DNA from: Octopus vulgaris
Lineage: Eukaryota
Direction of reading: 5' to 3'
DNA length: 64,000 bases
Assembly: GCA_951406725.2 (NCBI GenBank)
Contig: OX597825.1
Coordinates: 8,246,001-8,310,000, forward strand
Shown here: piece by piece, positions 40,557 through 54,869 of the stretch
Layout: the number at the start of each line of letters is the position of its first letter
Numbering within the stretch: the first letter of the stretch is position 1
Notes under the pieces: generated by a model
The model's input: the letters and a program-made list of their open reading frames with translations, nothing else
Told to the model about the DNA's origin: nothing
Database searches by the model: none
Program-made: the position numbers and the translations under genes

Positions 40557-41177
40557 ATGTATCTATGTATGTATTATCTCTTCCTCTATGTGTTATTATG
40601 ACTAAATGGGAGAGTATTCAGCAAATGCTTGAGGTGTTTCAAACAACTTTTAGTCTGAACGACTGGACAATGCAGTAATGTCTTTGAATCTCGGAGCCAG
40701 GGGAATTGGCAGAGTTCTGAGATCGGTGATTTTTAATGGATGCAGCAACGTAAAAATGATGGCCGTATTGCAATATCATCTTTCGTGAGAGAGATGTCCG
40801 TAAAAAAAAAACAAAGAAAAATGTGAGTGGGAGTGTCATGGATTATTTACCATTTAATAATAAATATAGATAAAATGAATTGTGATTCATATTGCAAAAC
40901 AAAATATTACATATCTAAGCGATTTCATTAGACATAACATAGAAAGCAAAGGATTTGTTATTTATATTAAGGAATGATGTATCTTCATTTTTGATCAATT
41001 ATTTTCGACATTTGATCAATAATTACGCCATAAAAAATGGCGTAACAAGGTCTCGTGTTACACCAGCACTGTATTGTACATATTATTATTAATATATAGG
41101 ATTTTATTTGAAAGAAAGATGATCATTTTATTTCGGAGGTGTAAAAGCCATTGCACAAATTAAACGTACATGTAATG

Positions 41178-41590
41178 CAGCGAGTTGGCAGAATCGTTAG
41201 CAAGCGGGGCAAAAGGCTTGGCGTCATTTCGCCTGAGGTGCACTTTGTCTTTCATCATTTTGGGGTCGATGAAATAACTACCAGTGGATTTGCTCCCACC
41301 TACCAAATTTCAGTCCTTGTACTTATAGCAAAAAACATTAATTAAACGTACAAGTAAGGTGACGAGCTGGAAGAATCGTAAGCACGCTGGGCGAAATGCC
41401 TAGCAGTCTTTCGTCCGTCTTCAAGTTCTGAGTTCAAATTTCGCCCAGGCCGGCTACGCCTTTCATTCTTTCGGGTGGGTAAAAGAAGCACCAGTGAAAC
41501 TGTGGTGTCGATGTAATCGGGGACATGCCATCCCGCCCACCCCACTCCCCCAAAAATTCAGGCCTCTTGCCTTTTGTACAAAAGATTTAT
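41178..41590 (+). mobile_element. Two adjacent group B SINE copies (about 41178-41335 with deletions; 41357-41590)
   Basis: GCGAGTTGGCAGAATCGTTAGC and GGTGACGAGCTGGAAGAATCG heads, GAGTTCAAATT B box, GCCTTTCATTCTTTCGGG body. Confidence 0.75.
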
Positions 41591-42169
41591 TATACGTGCC
41601 AGAGTCATGTGGGTAGGCAGAAAAAATGCTTGAAGCATATCATCAACGTGTTTTTTTAAGAACAAACGCAAGTGCTCCCCCACCCCACTATGAATGGATG
41701 CAGAAGTCATAGAAAAGCAGCAATGTGACTGGGTGAACAATGTGAGGTATGACCTGGAAAGAAATGACCAGGAGAGGAATAATATGAAGGAGATTTTTGA
41801 TAACCTGTACATCGAGAGAGGGAGGCCAACTGTCTAAGCAAAAGAGTGAGAAATTTGAATATCAGAAGTTGCTGACTTCTCATATATCAGAATACTTTTA
41901 CAAAATCTTCGGGGCAAATCTGTGTTGCTTCTCATTCAGTTGAAACAGCTTCATTGAATCTTCAGCATTATGCAGGAGTCGGATATGATACCTGTCAAAC
42001 TCTACAATGGTTGATATATGCTGCTAGAACATGCTGCAACGGTACACAGCATCCTGGCCGATCACAATCTGCAATACGTGTTGCACCTGCCATACGTGTT
42101 GCACCTGCCATTATTTGCAGCAGATTGATGTACAGGAACACCACTGCACGTAAACTCGCATACAGGCAT

Positions 42170-42670
42170 ACATGCATTCATTCGCTCATACATATACACA
42201 TAGATACATACCAACGTACATTCATACATATATACATCCATATATTTATACATAGGTACATGCATTCATTCATTTAAACGTACATAAATACAGCATACAT
42301 TCATAGATATATACATGCTTTCATATATAAGTACGTACATACATACATTCATAGATATATACATCCATATAGTTATACATAGGTACAAGCATTCATTCAT
42401 ACATATATACATCCATATATCTATACATAGGTACAAGCATTCATTCATTTATACGCACATAAATACAGCATACATTCATAGATATATACGTGCTTACATA
42501 TATAAGTACGTACATACATACATACATTCATACATATATATACATCACTATATTTATACATGGAAACATGTTTTCATTCATTTATACGTACATAAATACA
42601 GGTATACATTCATAGATATATACACGCTTACATACATACATACGTACATACATACATACATTCATACATA
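42170..42670. repeat. Higher-order minisatellite built from CATA/TA/CATT motifs
   Basis: Recurring ATACATAGGTACA.GCATTCATTCAT and CATAAATACAGCATACATTCATAGATATATAC blocks. Confidence 0.8.
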
Positions 42671-43589
42671 TATAAAACATACACATCATTATGTGTTTGT
42701 ACGTGTGTCCGTTTGCTTTCAGAAACGCGACCAAAAATTTCTTACCGTAGAAGTAAAGCGTGATTTATTGCAATGCCGAGCTTAGGCTCTGATTCTATTG
42801 AGAATAATCTCATCTATAGACGAAACACTAGTACGTCGGATGATGAAATCTGTCTGAAACAGTCCATAAATAATCTATACTAACAGCCATTAAAGCTTCT
42901 GCTTTCCTTTCCTGTTTAATGCAGTTTAAAATTTGTTAACGTGGTCAGCTGCAATACATAATGGCGTTGGCTTGAGGTTGGAGGAAATGATAAAAAGACC
43001 AACTGAATATTACATTAGTGAAGACTCTCGCATCGAACATTAACCATTGAAAGGCATTGCCGCTGGTCGTACAAGTTGCCGATTCATTGTTACACAATTT
43101 AAAATATTTGGAAGACAAAAAAAATCCAGTATCAGAATCATAATTTAAGCGATAAATGAGGCATTAAAACAGAGCTATACTTTTCCGCGAAACACATACA
43201 TGTTTCCCCGGCAACCAAATCTATACATCATGTATTAGGATTCATAGCCAGCAGCAGCAGCAGACCTACGATGGTAAAGAAGATAGTCAGTCTCTGATTC
43301 AGTGGACAGCAATAATCAACTAAATGTAAGTACTTGCATATGGGCGAGTATGTGTGTTCCTTAGTGAGAATATGGTTGCGCGTTTGTGTGATGCGTATCT
43401 GGTTAAATGGAGGCAGAATTGAAAAGACTGTTAAACCAGAATAATATCTGTGAGGTCGCTGTTGCTTGAGTGGAAAACGTGACTAAGTACCAATATTAGA
43501 TTTGTAAGAAAGCTGTAATTAATTTCACCCGACACTGCATGCAGGATTCCGAGAGCCTACAGAGCCGGGCTCTTCATATCATATCATTC

Positions 43590-43635
<46 letters not shown>

Positions 43636-43671
43636 GATATATATATGTATGTGTATGTATATATGTATATA

Positions 43672-43719
<48 letters not shown>

Positions 43720-43832
43720 TATATGTATATATGTATATATATATGCATGTATATGTATATATATATATATAGAGAGAGAATGATACATAGATATATATGC
43801 ATACATACATCTCTCTCTCTCTCTCTCTCTCT

Positions 43833-43866
<34 letters not shown>

Positions 43867-44744
43867 TCACAGTCATAGAGACACTCACACAATTATAAAT
43901 ACATGTATCTATTGATATAGGCACATATATGTAGACATATATTTATATACATGCTTATATGTATTATATATATATGTATATATACACGTAGTTTATATGC
44001 ACATATATGTTTCGAAGTTATAATAACTGCAGGCATGCGCAGATACAAGCACACAAACACATACACGCATCAAAACACGCATACAAGCACACAAACACAC
44101 ACACACACACACCGGCACATACACACACATATTCTAGAAGTTGACCTCAACAATATTTTCCTATTTTTTTCCCATTATATTTGCAGTATTCATGTGAACA
44201 GGAATGCCCTAGAGAATGCTCTCCTCCTCATCTTTGAAAATATTTCGTGACTAATTCCCGTAATAAATTATTTCCCAGGGATTACATAACACTGATATAG
44301 TCTTTTTATGCCTGAAGTAACTACCACTGTATGATTTTATATCTAGCCATCAACGAACTGTCATAAGTATTTTAATCGATTATCTGCTACTAGTTTGTGC
44401 ACGTAGTTTGCATATTTTTGCATGTTGAACTAGCGAATCCACTTTATTGAATAGCGTGGAATGTACATATTATGTTGCTCAATACCTGCAACACCAAAGA
44501 ACATGCATGAACACACACACATTCACACGTACACACACGCACACATAGATATATGTACATATATATGTATATATGTGTACATATATATTTATTTTATATA
44601 TATTTATATATAATACATATATGCAAGTATACATAAATTTATATCTACATATATATATATATGTATATATGTATATATATATTCATGTATACATATATAT
44701 ATATATAGATATATATATAAATATTTATATCTTCATGTTATATC

Positions 44745-44805
<61 letters not shown>

Positions 44806-46077
44806 TTATATAATCATACATATATGTCTGTGTTTGTCTATTGTTTATTTATATACATGTATGTATGTATAAGGAATACATCAAATCTATGGCTATTAAT
44901 ATTTTTACATAATGTTCATGTGTTTCACACTACAGGCAAACATTGATTATGCGAAGTTATCTCTGAAAAGTTTTTCTTTATTGTACATGGACTTTTTTCC
45001 TGGATGCATTAGCGCCAAAATATTTTCAATAGAAACATTATTAAGTTTGCTCCCACCATCACACCTCACTGTAATTGCCGATTTCTGTCTATAGTAACGC
45101 GAATTTGCAAGATGATATATTGGGATATCCCCCTGGAGTAGGCCTGGTGGACAGCTCTTTGCCTATGTAACATATAACCTACTGTCCGGCGAGTCCTTCT
45201 ACAGCTCGGAGTAGATTCAGCCTTGCTACATGGGCCTGTTTTAACAAAACTCTTCCTCAACACTTTTCCATTTCGGAGTGAGTTAGAGCTGAACTATCAG
45301 ACCCAGACTGATTGACCGTTAGTTTGAAATATGGGGTATCAGCAGAATGTCCTCTAACCACCTACAACGTTCGGGCTATTGTGTATATAAATGTGTAATG
45401 AAAACCAGTAATAGTTGCAGGTCTTACATACGGACAACAGTAAATCTATTAAAGCGCAGCAACACCGTATACAGACCCGACGAGTTGTAAGTAGTCTTCG
45501 AAATTGTATTGGGTCAAGGAAATACTATTTGGTTGTCGTGTATTAGCAAAGTTGTGCTAAGGCAATTTCAGCCAATTAAAGCTTTGCACGTCAGTATTTC
45601 GTGTATTTTCTTTTTCATATTCATTTAGATTAATAAGGTTGAAAATAATTAGCTGGCAGTTAGCAGAAGACATCGTCGCAATCAACAGCCATCCTCGGCT
45701 AGTCATTGGAAGGACGCTGTCGTTTAACAGTATTTCTTTATCTTGAACATCTGTGTTATTTCACCGGCTTAACGCAGTAATCTCCGGGATTACATTACGC
45801 TCGCCTGTCGAGTCTAATCATTCCCTATTGACGGAATGAAGAGATTCCTGTTTAATCCCTGTTTATTTCTTACTACTTTTATCGTGGTATGTTTCTACCC
45901 ATTTGTGTAATAGTAAGTCCAAAGGCCTTCTTTGACTCCTACATACGGCAACTCGCTACTCACATTGCAACCCAAATAAATTATGATGTTTGTCATAATA
46001 TAGCCTTCTGAAGTATTTTCTCAATGCGTCACAGATGCATTGTGTATTTATTTGGCACCTTCTGTCCAGCATTCGCC

Positions 46078-46262
46078 ATGATAGATCGCAAGCCACTAAA
46101 ACTTTTCTATTTTCTCTCCCTGTTTATTTCTGTGTTCCTTTCCGTCGAAGAGCGTAGGCTCGAAACGTAAAAGACTTTCTCATTTCTCGAGCGTTAAACT
46201 AATACATCTGTCTGTTGTTTACACTGCCGTTTTCGTCTTTTTTTCTTTTACTAATTCTCATT
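46078..46262 (+). mobile_element. Solo Penelope pLTR with hammerhead-like motif (46138-46173)
   Basis: CATGATAGATC..AGCCACTA start shared with 26113; CTTT-CCGTCGA-A-GAGC(GTAG)GCTC-GAAA-CG-T-A-AAAG. Confidence 0.82.
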
Positions 46263-46284
46263 ACATTCTTACATAGTTATATTC

Positions 46285-46637
46285 GAACACAGAAACAACT
46301 CCTTTTCAAAACGGTAAGCTGCATAGGACAGTCCTAGCGAAAACAGGATGCATGATAAAGAAGTAGAAAAATTGAAAAACTATGTTGGGTCAATAGAGGA
46401 AGCGGGCGTGATACCAGTTGTGCCTGTTTCTTACTAGCCCGCTACAAACATGACCGAAAAGGAATGTAAAGATAAAACTACTGCAAAAATTCAGCATTGC
46501 TTAGAACTGCATGGGTATTCCGCAGGGTTCTTGAGGCATGATCAGTAAATCAGGGCTACCTTAGTCTGCTGACTGCGGACAACTGATACTTTCCACAATA
46601 CTCAGAGAAATACAGCTAAGAGTCTTCATTGAATAAT
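46285..46637 (+). mobile_element. R4/Dong LINE 3' end (decayed)
   Basis: Frameshifted LLQK/SALLRTAWVFRRVLEA* matches the R4/Dong terminal LQK.ALLGTA.I.R.VL motif; short 3' UTR ending AATAAT. Confidence 0.6.
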
Positions 46638-47955
46638 ACACAGACACACACGCACACACATATATATATGCAACAACTACGCCACAACTAGAAAGCAGTA
46701 ACAAAGAATTACGCTAGACTCCTAGTCAAAATCAGAGCTCCAATAAAGGTCAAGGACACAATACCAATACATGGTGTAATGTACACTACTAAACCAACGT
46801 GCAGCAAAAACGAAACAAAACAAAAAGAACCACTTAACTAGTCTATCACTCAGAGAATGAAAATTCAACTTAGAACAATGAGAACGCAAGATATAACGTT
46901 TATAGACACAAGCATATCAAGCATATACCTTAATCATCAGCTGCTTAAAGGATATTATTGTTCCAATATGTGAGCACCCCCCTACAATCCGACGGTATCA
47001 ACAACATCATTAAAAACATTCACGCTGCTAGGGAATCAATAGACGAGAAGCAGGAACAGAACTTTTCCGTGATGTCTAATTTACGTCTATAACTGCTTAT
47101 TGTTACAAATGCAAACATCAGATATTAAACACCCATCGGTTTCTGCTTAAGGCTAGGAAGCATAGAAATTAAAAATAACACCTATAAAATGTAGTTAAGT
47201 CTCCGAAAACGATAGTGTTACCTCATATATTGCACAACTTTATTCGTACCAGAGAACCAAACATATTGAATACAATCTACCAAACCTAGTCGAAAGCACA
47301 TATTACCAATACGTTACAGAAAATAATAACAAACATCAGTGGACTTAAAATATTTACGTTAAGTACAGAATGTAGACTAGTAATCATCGCTGATCCACAA
47401 TGAATTTTTTCAAACAGGAAAGCATAATCTAAATGAACCAAACATAAAGTAGCGGGAAAATATATCACTTCAACTATTAGGCTTCAATCGATCTCCCACC
47501 ACTCAAGATGGCAGTAAAAGAGCACAAATCAATATCTATTGAATATAATCCTGAATTATAGAAAATAAATTTAAATGTATATTTCATCTAAAAGTATGAA
47601 AATAACATAGAATAATATCGAATAATATAAAACTGACTAAAGCATCCGAATTGTAACGATAATAGTAGAATACTAAAAACATGTGAACATTATTGAAACG
47701 ATCAAATTCTAAACGAAATGAATAACATATCAGTGAGTCATCAGTGATTAAATGGCTTTGATTTGGGAATGAGGCACTGTAAACATATCACTTTTCAATA
47801 ATTAATAATTACTTTAATTATAGAACGTATGTAAACCTAAATATATCTACATATATGTATTCTACTATTAACTAAAACAAACAAATTGTTTCAAAATATT
47901 CCCTTCATAAAAGGACTATGTTTGTGCGTATGTAGGTATTTACAGATACAATCAT

Positions 47956-48366
47956 TTACTCTTGTACTCTTTTACTTGTTTCAGTCATTTGACTGCGGCC
48001 ATGCTGGAGCACCGCCTTTAGTCGAGCAAATCGACCCCGGGACTTATTCTTTGTAAGCCCAGTACTTATTCTATCGGTCTCTTTTGCCGAACCGCTAAGT
48101 AACGGGGACATAAACACACCAGCATCGGTTGAGAAGCAATGCTAGGGGGACAAACAGACACACAAACATACACACACACACTTATATATATATACATATA
48201 TACAACAGGCTTCTTTCAGTTTCCGTCTCCCAAATCCACTCACAAGGCATTGGTCGGCCCGGGGCTATAGCAGAAGACACTTGCCCAAGATGCCACGGAG
48301 TGGGACTGAACCCGGAACCATGTGGTTTGTTAGCAAGCTACTTACCACACAGCCACTCCTGCGCCT
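47956..48366 (-). mobile_element. Full-length group A tRNA-derived SINE
   Basis: Near-identical reverse complement of 57159-57574; A and B boxes, CTTGGGCAAGTGTCTT (CORE-like), internal microsatellite, (GTAAAAGA)n tail. Confidence 0.93.
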
Positions 48367-48719
48367 ATGTATCTATGTACGCATTTATGTATCTATGTAC
48401 GCATATTTGCTGCAAAATAGATTGGTTCATATTTTTATTATTTCAATCCAGCTAAAAGCGTCGCACAAAAAGATTCGTTAGCAGGTTTGATGAAAATAAT
48501 TAAAGAATAATAAACTAGGCATTTTTTGTCTCCCTATACGTCCTGTGTTCGAAATCTTCAGCGGTTGCATTGCTATTTATCGTTTCAGCTCGGTAAAAAT
48601 ACGTACAGTATGAACATCAGGTTGATGCATCGAGTCCCGACTCGTCCGAAATTGCTGGAGTTGCGCCAATATACATATTTTTGCCGTGTTATTTATACAT
48701 ATTATTAAAATACACATAC

Positions 48720-48766
<47 letters not shown>

Positions 48767-48778
48767 CATACATATATA

Positions 48779-48897
<119 letters not shown>

Positions 48898-48942
48898 TAC
48901 ATAAACACATATGCGTGTGTGATGGGGTGTTGTATGTATGTT

Positions 48943-50178
48943 CAGAGTGTCCCAAAATGAAGGCAACCGAAGTTTCGGGCTTTAATAACTATTAATAAAT
49001 GTGATAAGATATGAAGTATGAAAATGATACCTCTCTTTAAAGCGTTAGTATATCTTATTTTTGTTTCAGAGTAAATAAATGCAGATTTATAAATTAGATA
49101 ACGTTGACAGACCGAAATATAATCATAACCCTCCAGAGAGGAGGCGCAACTAATACAGCTATAGATAAAAAAGAAAAAGCTTAAATGTAACCGAACAATG
49201 TGGAAAACTGTCAAGAAATTTCAAGAGACAGGTTCCACAGCTGATCGAACTCTACGTGGCCAGATCAGACGTGTGCGGACCCCTCATTTTATCTAAAACA
49301 TTACAGAAAAGATACGGCAACATCCCCGTTGTTCCGTCAGAAAACTAGCTGCATGAAGAATTTCGGCACCCACCACTACAAAATGCTCCACCGTCATGAG
49401 TTCACGCAAATTCATAAAGCTTTGAGATTTGAAAGAAATCATCTTACCGTGCATTAGATTGCTCAATGCTCGCTGCCCAAACTGGTGTTCAGTGATGGAA
49501 AGCAATTTGACATCGAACAGACAGTAAACTAAGAGAATGACTGATTTTGAAATGTGTGTGTCTGCATCAAATGAAGGTTCATAAATCGTCGTCAAAATAA
49601 TTCACAGTCATTTAAGGTTTGGGTGGCTGTGAGAGTCCCTGGAATATCTCCCCCAGTTTTTGTTACCTCAGGTGTTAAAATAACACCCAGCTATACGTTA
49701 ACGACATTTTGGAAGCTGAACTGTTCCCAGGAGCGACTGAGTATGTTCAAGGAGAAGCTTGGAATCTCCAACGGATCTCGGCACCATGCCAAAGCTTCAA
49801 ACAAGCACAACACTAGATTCAGAAAAAAAACATTACATTGTTCACAGGCAACGATGTATGGCCCTCAAGAAGACCCGATCTTAAACCGTTCGATTTCTCT
49901 GTTTGCGCCATTTTAGAGACGAATTTCTCGCGTACACTTCATTTTTGCTCGACGCTCTGAAGGCATAACTACGCTGGGAGTCGGTTTCGATTACACAAGA
50001 ACAGATGCGAAGCACTCGCACCTAGACTTAACGCTGCGATTAGAAAGATAGGATGTCATTTAGAATAAATGTGGTAGAGTTATAATTGTGTTTAGTTTCT
50101 GTTGGATCCGAAATAGAACAATATTTTACTTACGCAAAATTGAAAGAAGTTGATTGCATTAATTCTGGGACGTGCTGT
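48943..50178 (+). mobile_element. Decayed Tc1/mariner-superfamily transposon (maT/DD37D-like) with TIRs
   Basis: TVKKFQETGSTADR, RQHPRCSVRKLAA, LVFSDGKQFDIEQTVN*END, WPSRRPDLKPFDFSV; TIR CAGAGTGTCCCAAAATGAAGGCAACC versus reverse complement of the right end CAGCACGTCCCAGAATTAATGCAATC. Confidence 0.85.
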
Positions 50179-51382
50179 ATAAACACATATATGCATGCAT
50201 ATATATTATATGTGTGTGTATTCAAACGTATCACATTTATTAAAAACATAAGGAAAATGTATTAGAAACACAGCCAAAAGACATGTAAGACAGAAAGAGC
50301 ACTAAATGACTATTTTTCACTTAAATACTAAAAGTGGTTGTATTAGTGGGAGAGATATGTGAGGACAATATGTATGTATATTTACAACAATTCTACTGTA
50401 CATCCATAAATACATACACAAACGCACAAGGCGTATATACAGATTCACCAACAAATACTTCCTCAACCATGTGTTTATGATGGTCTTATTGCTCTACAAA
50501 GGAAAATTAGTTTTGAACTATTCAATCAAAATTTCCAATCATTTATTCCAATTATTGCTAACAATTTATGATTTAAATGTGTTGCTAAATGCGATTATAG
50601 GAATATTGCCTTTTAAGTGTTGTTTTCATGGATCAGTTGAACGAATGAAATTTCAACCTTATTAATCTAAACGTATATGAAATATATATACACAATATAC
50701 ATACGTATATACCAATATATCTATATAGTCATATATATATAAACTATATACATGTATATACATAAACATACGTGTGTGGCCCCCACATACACAAACGGAC
50801 ACATATCTGATATTTGGGTTTGTGTCACTATTTACGAATATATCGTAAATTTCCACACATGGAGGCAGACTTTATATGATATTGATTTCTTTTCTGTTCT
50901 GTTTTTTTTTTTATCTTTTCTGTCTTTTCTGTTCTAACTTTTCTTTTCTGTATTTTTTTTTCTACGTGATATTCCCGCTAATTCTTTGAAATATAAATAT
51001 AGTGATATATATTTTTGATAGTGCATTGTATCGCTAAAATTTCAAGAGATTCATTCGTGCTTCTAAGCTAGAACGGTACATCTTCAGATTTGTTATACGC
51101 AGTTGGGTAATCTTAGAAGTTTGCGGAACAGTATATTTTGTTACAGCACAATATTATGTAAATTGTAAATTAAACAATGGGAAATAGCAGTATTTCGACT
51201 GCATTTCTAAATATTATTGGGAGAAGAGCTTTTTACTCAAAGCTATATATTCTTTCATTCAGAAAAGTATATGACGTAACATGCCACTTCATTTTAATTC
51301 AAAGTCTAGTTTGCTTCATATGTACACACATACACTGATACATAGATATACACATACATTCATACATGCGTACACTCACCCC

Positions 51383-51475
<93 letters not shown>

Positions 51476-51476
51476 A

Positions 51477-51897
51477 GACGCAGGAGTGGCTGTGTGGTAA
51501 GTAGCTTGTTTACCAACCACATGGTTCCGGGTTCAGTCCCACTGTGTGGCACCTTGGGCAAGTGTCTTCTACTATAGCCTCGGGCCGACCAAAGCCTTGT
51601 GAGTGGATTTGGTAGAAGGAAACTGAAAGAAGCCCGTCGTATATATGTATATATATATATATGTGTGCGTGTGTGTTTGTGTGTCTGTGTTTGTCCCCCT
51701 AGCATTGCTTGACAACCGATGCCGGTGTGTTTATGTCCCCGTTACTTAGCGGTTCGGCAAAAGAGACCGATAGAATAAGTACTGGGCTTACAAAAGAATA
51801 AGTCCCGGGGTCGAGTTGCTCGATTAAAGGCGGTGCTCCAGCATGGCCCTCAGCCAAATGACTGAAACAAGTAAAAGAGTAAAAGAGTAAAGAGAGT
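51477..51897 (+). mobile_element. Full-length group A tRNA-derived SINE
   Basis: GCAGGAGTGGCTGTGTGGTAAG (A box), GGTTCAGTCCC (B box), tail GGCGGTGCTCCAGCATGGCC...GAAACAAGTAAAAGAG. Confidence 0.93.
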
Positions 51898-52492
51898 ATA
51901 CGTTTATATATATGTATGTATATGTATACATGTATAAATGTATTTACAAGATACATATATGTATGTATAAATAAGCGTAATTGTATAAGGATTCTGCCAT
52001 TACACAATTATATTTTGTAATTACTCCAATGAAATATAATTAACGGCAGCAATGATAATTATACACTTTAATTATATATAAGCTAGATTTTAAATTAGCA
52101 AATGTACTCCTTGAAAATGTTTGGGTATTACCACAGCAATTTTTCTGTTATTTTTTCAGATTTTCATTAATTTAATGAAGCTCAGTGGATCTACCAATCA
52201 AAACGGCGCTCGTGAATTAAAGGTTTAACGTATTAAAATAAGATAGATGGAGTGTGTTGGCTCATTTACAATTCAGAAGTGGATAAGGAAGCCATATTGA
52301 TTACTGACAAAACAAAACTTAATGTTCATAAAAGGACAAAGTATTTTATGGATTAGCGTCACCTGGGCAAAGCAATAGAGGTAATATGGGAATAAAAAAA
52401 TAATGTTTTGGGATTGAATACAGCCAAGCACACACATACACAGAAATGCTCAAACACACACAAGCTCACACGCAATTACTCGAACAAACATT

Positions 52493-52578
<86 letters not shown>

Positions 52579-52583
<5 letters not shown>

Positions 52584-52680
52584 ATCCAAACGAGAAAACA
52601 CGGAAATATACAACAACGCAAGGTTGTTGAACAAATATAGTATTATTGGACGCTCAGAAAAGAAGGAAAGAAGGAGGCGA
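52579..52680 (-). mobile_element. Probable pLTR tail fragment abutting (TA)n
   Basis: Reverse complement of the 27135-27212 family. Confidence 0.6.
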
Positions 52681-52751
52681 GATAGTTAAATGGGTAGATA
52701 TATATATAACACACACACATATATATATATACAGAGAGAGTGAGAAAGATG

Positions 52752-53592
52752 CAAGATCTGATCAATAAATATCCGGATTGTTGCCATAGTAACAAAGGTA
52801 AAGCCCGCACAGTAAAGCTGCTTGGCACAGATTGACTTTAATGTCTGCTGTGTGTATGAACTAAGATCTAACGTTCTAGCTCACTTCTCTGTTTAGAGCA
52901 GTGTTTGGAAGGAAATTGTGTAGCGTGTGATCGTCGCATTAGATGATAGAAAGTTGTCATGATCATACCTGCTCAGAGGCCTGCGGAAAGTTGCAGAAAA
53001 TTCATGGAAAGGAGGGCATGAGCCGCACCCACGTGTACGAGTTGTTCAGACCTTTCCAAAATGGCTGAATAAATGTTGATACTGACGAATTCTCTGGGAG
53101 ACTGGTAATCAGCCTAACTGAAGAAAACTTTGCAAATGTGCGTGCAACTGTATGGGGAAATCGTCGAATCCCAGCTGTGAGTTATCAGAGGTTGTGCAGA
53201 TTAGTTACGGTTCAGTTCAGTCCATTATCACTAAAGATTTGGGTATGAGATGCGTGTCTGCCAAGTTTGTGCCAAAACTGCTTTCAGCTGACCAAGATGA
53301 CACTCGGATTTCAGTGTCGAGAACAATAAAAATCTTTTGAAACTTTTCCGAAAGAATCTGAGCAGGTATCGCCAAGCTTTTGGCAAAATGTGATGCAAAT
53401 TACATGCTTATATTACTCTGTCATGGTCAATAAGATTATCACACGCTACACACCTTCCTTCCAAGCACTGCTGTAAAACACAGTGCGCATACACAACAGG
53501 ACTCAAGGTCAGTCTGTGTCAAGCGGCTACACTCTCCTTGTCTTAATTTCATTATTATAGCAACTGTCCGCATGCTTATTGATCAGACCATG
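52752..53592 (+). mobile_element. Internally deleted mariner element
   Basis: 26-bp TIRs with 21/26 matches (CAAGATCTGATCAATAAATATCCGGA) and TA on the right; HTH and linker remnant MSRTHVYELF...SGR...ISYGSVQSIITKDLGMRCVSAKFVPKLL; catalytic domain absent. Confidence 0.88.
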
Positions 53593-54389
53593 TACGAGCT
53601 AAGTTTTAAAAAATATTCGACCAGTTACTGAAGGAAAGATAACAATTTCGTCCATCTCAGAAATTTTTGGAACTACCTTGAAATATTCCTCTTGGGAGTT
53701 CATGCAATAAAGAGCTATCAGAGACGTTTCCTCTATAGATTTTTATGGAAATTAAAAATTATGCTTCAAATAAGTAGCGTAGGGCAAAATATGTATTAGG
53801 AATGTCCAATGGAAAGACACTCCTAGGTTTGAATTAAAATATGAACTGGCAGTTGAAATCATTACGTAGTGTGATGTACTTTTTAAAAACAATCTCTATA
53901 CATAAGAAAGAAGCTTATCGTGAGGAGATGGTATATAAAGCGCTAATACTAGATTGTTCAGGTAAACAAATGGTAGGAGAAATAGAGAGGTATTACGTTT
54001 CAATGCATTGATGTTATTTTAATGACTTTTAATTTAAATACATAAAGAGAATTTTATTTAAAAGTATAACCCTATCTTTTTTGTACCGTTTTGAATGATG
54101 TAAATAATAAGCAGTTTTGAAATAACCGCTCATTCGGCAAACTGTCACAAAATCACACACCCTCACAGACTCATGCACACAGACTTAGTTACAGACACAC
54201 ATACATACATAATAACACACACACAACCATGCACACAAACACTAATACACCGCTTTTTGTAGAACTACTGAGTAAATAGTGCTCAATACATGCCTTAGGT
54301 ATATGAAATTGAAACTGACAGCTTGTTTTGCAACTAGAGTTTCAAACATTTGCGATCTTCAGAAGAGATTGCTACGAATCTGTCATCGT

Positions 54390-54482
54390 GGTTTTGGAAT
54401 GCATAAGGAACACACGCACACATACAAAATCTCTTTTATAGTTATATATTTATAAGAAACTTACGCACACATACAAATGCTC

Positions 54483-54533
<51 letters not shown>

Positions 54534-54586
54534 AGCGTTTGTATGTATTCGTATGTGTGCGTATGTTCCTTATGCATTCCAAAACC
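54390..54586. repeat. Inverted duplication around a (TA)n tract
   Basis: 54390-54425 matches the reverse complement of 54551-54586 at 35/36; an inner 15-bp inverted pair (14/15) flanks the (TA)n. Confidence 0.85.
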
Positions 54587-54821
54587 GTGTTGTCAGTTTT
54601 AACGTATGGGGCATCAAACGATTGAATACTATTTCCGCTACCAAGTAAACTTTATTTTCATTGACAAAATTTCCATTACAAAAATTTAAAATTATAATCT
54701 TTTCCATAACTCAACTATCGTAAGCATTTTATACGACGACGATGATGATGACGCCACATTTTCTGTATGACTGTGTACCTTAAAAGACATCGATCGTTAC
54801 GACACACACCTTCACTCACTC

Positions 54822-54869
<48 letters not shown>

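Noticed and set aside
42785-42870. CTGAT-TCTAT...ATAGAC-GAAAC and ATGATGA...GAAACAGTC hammerhead-like strings
   Set aside because: The first needs a 3-nt core deletion, the second lacks C3, and stem I is unsupported in both.
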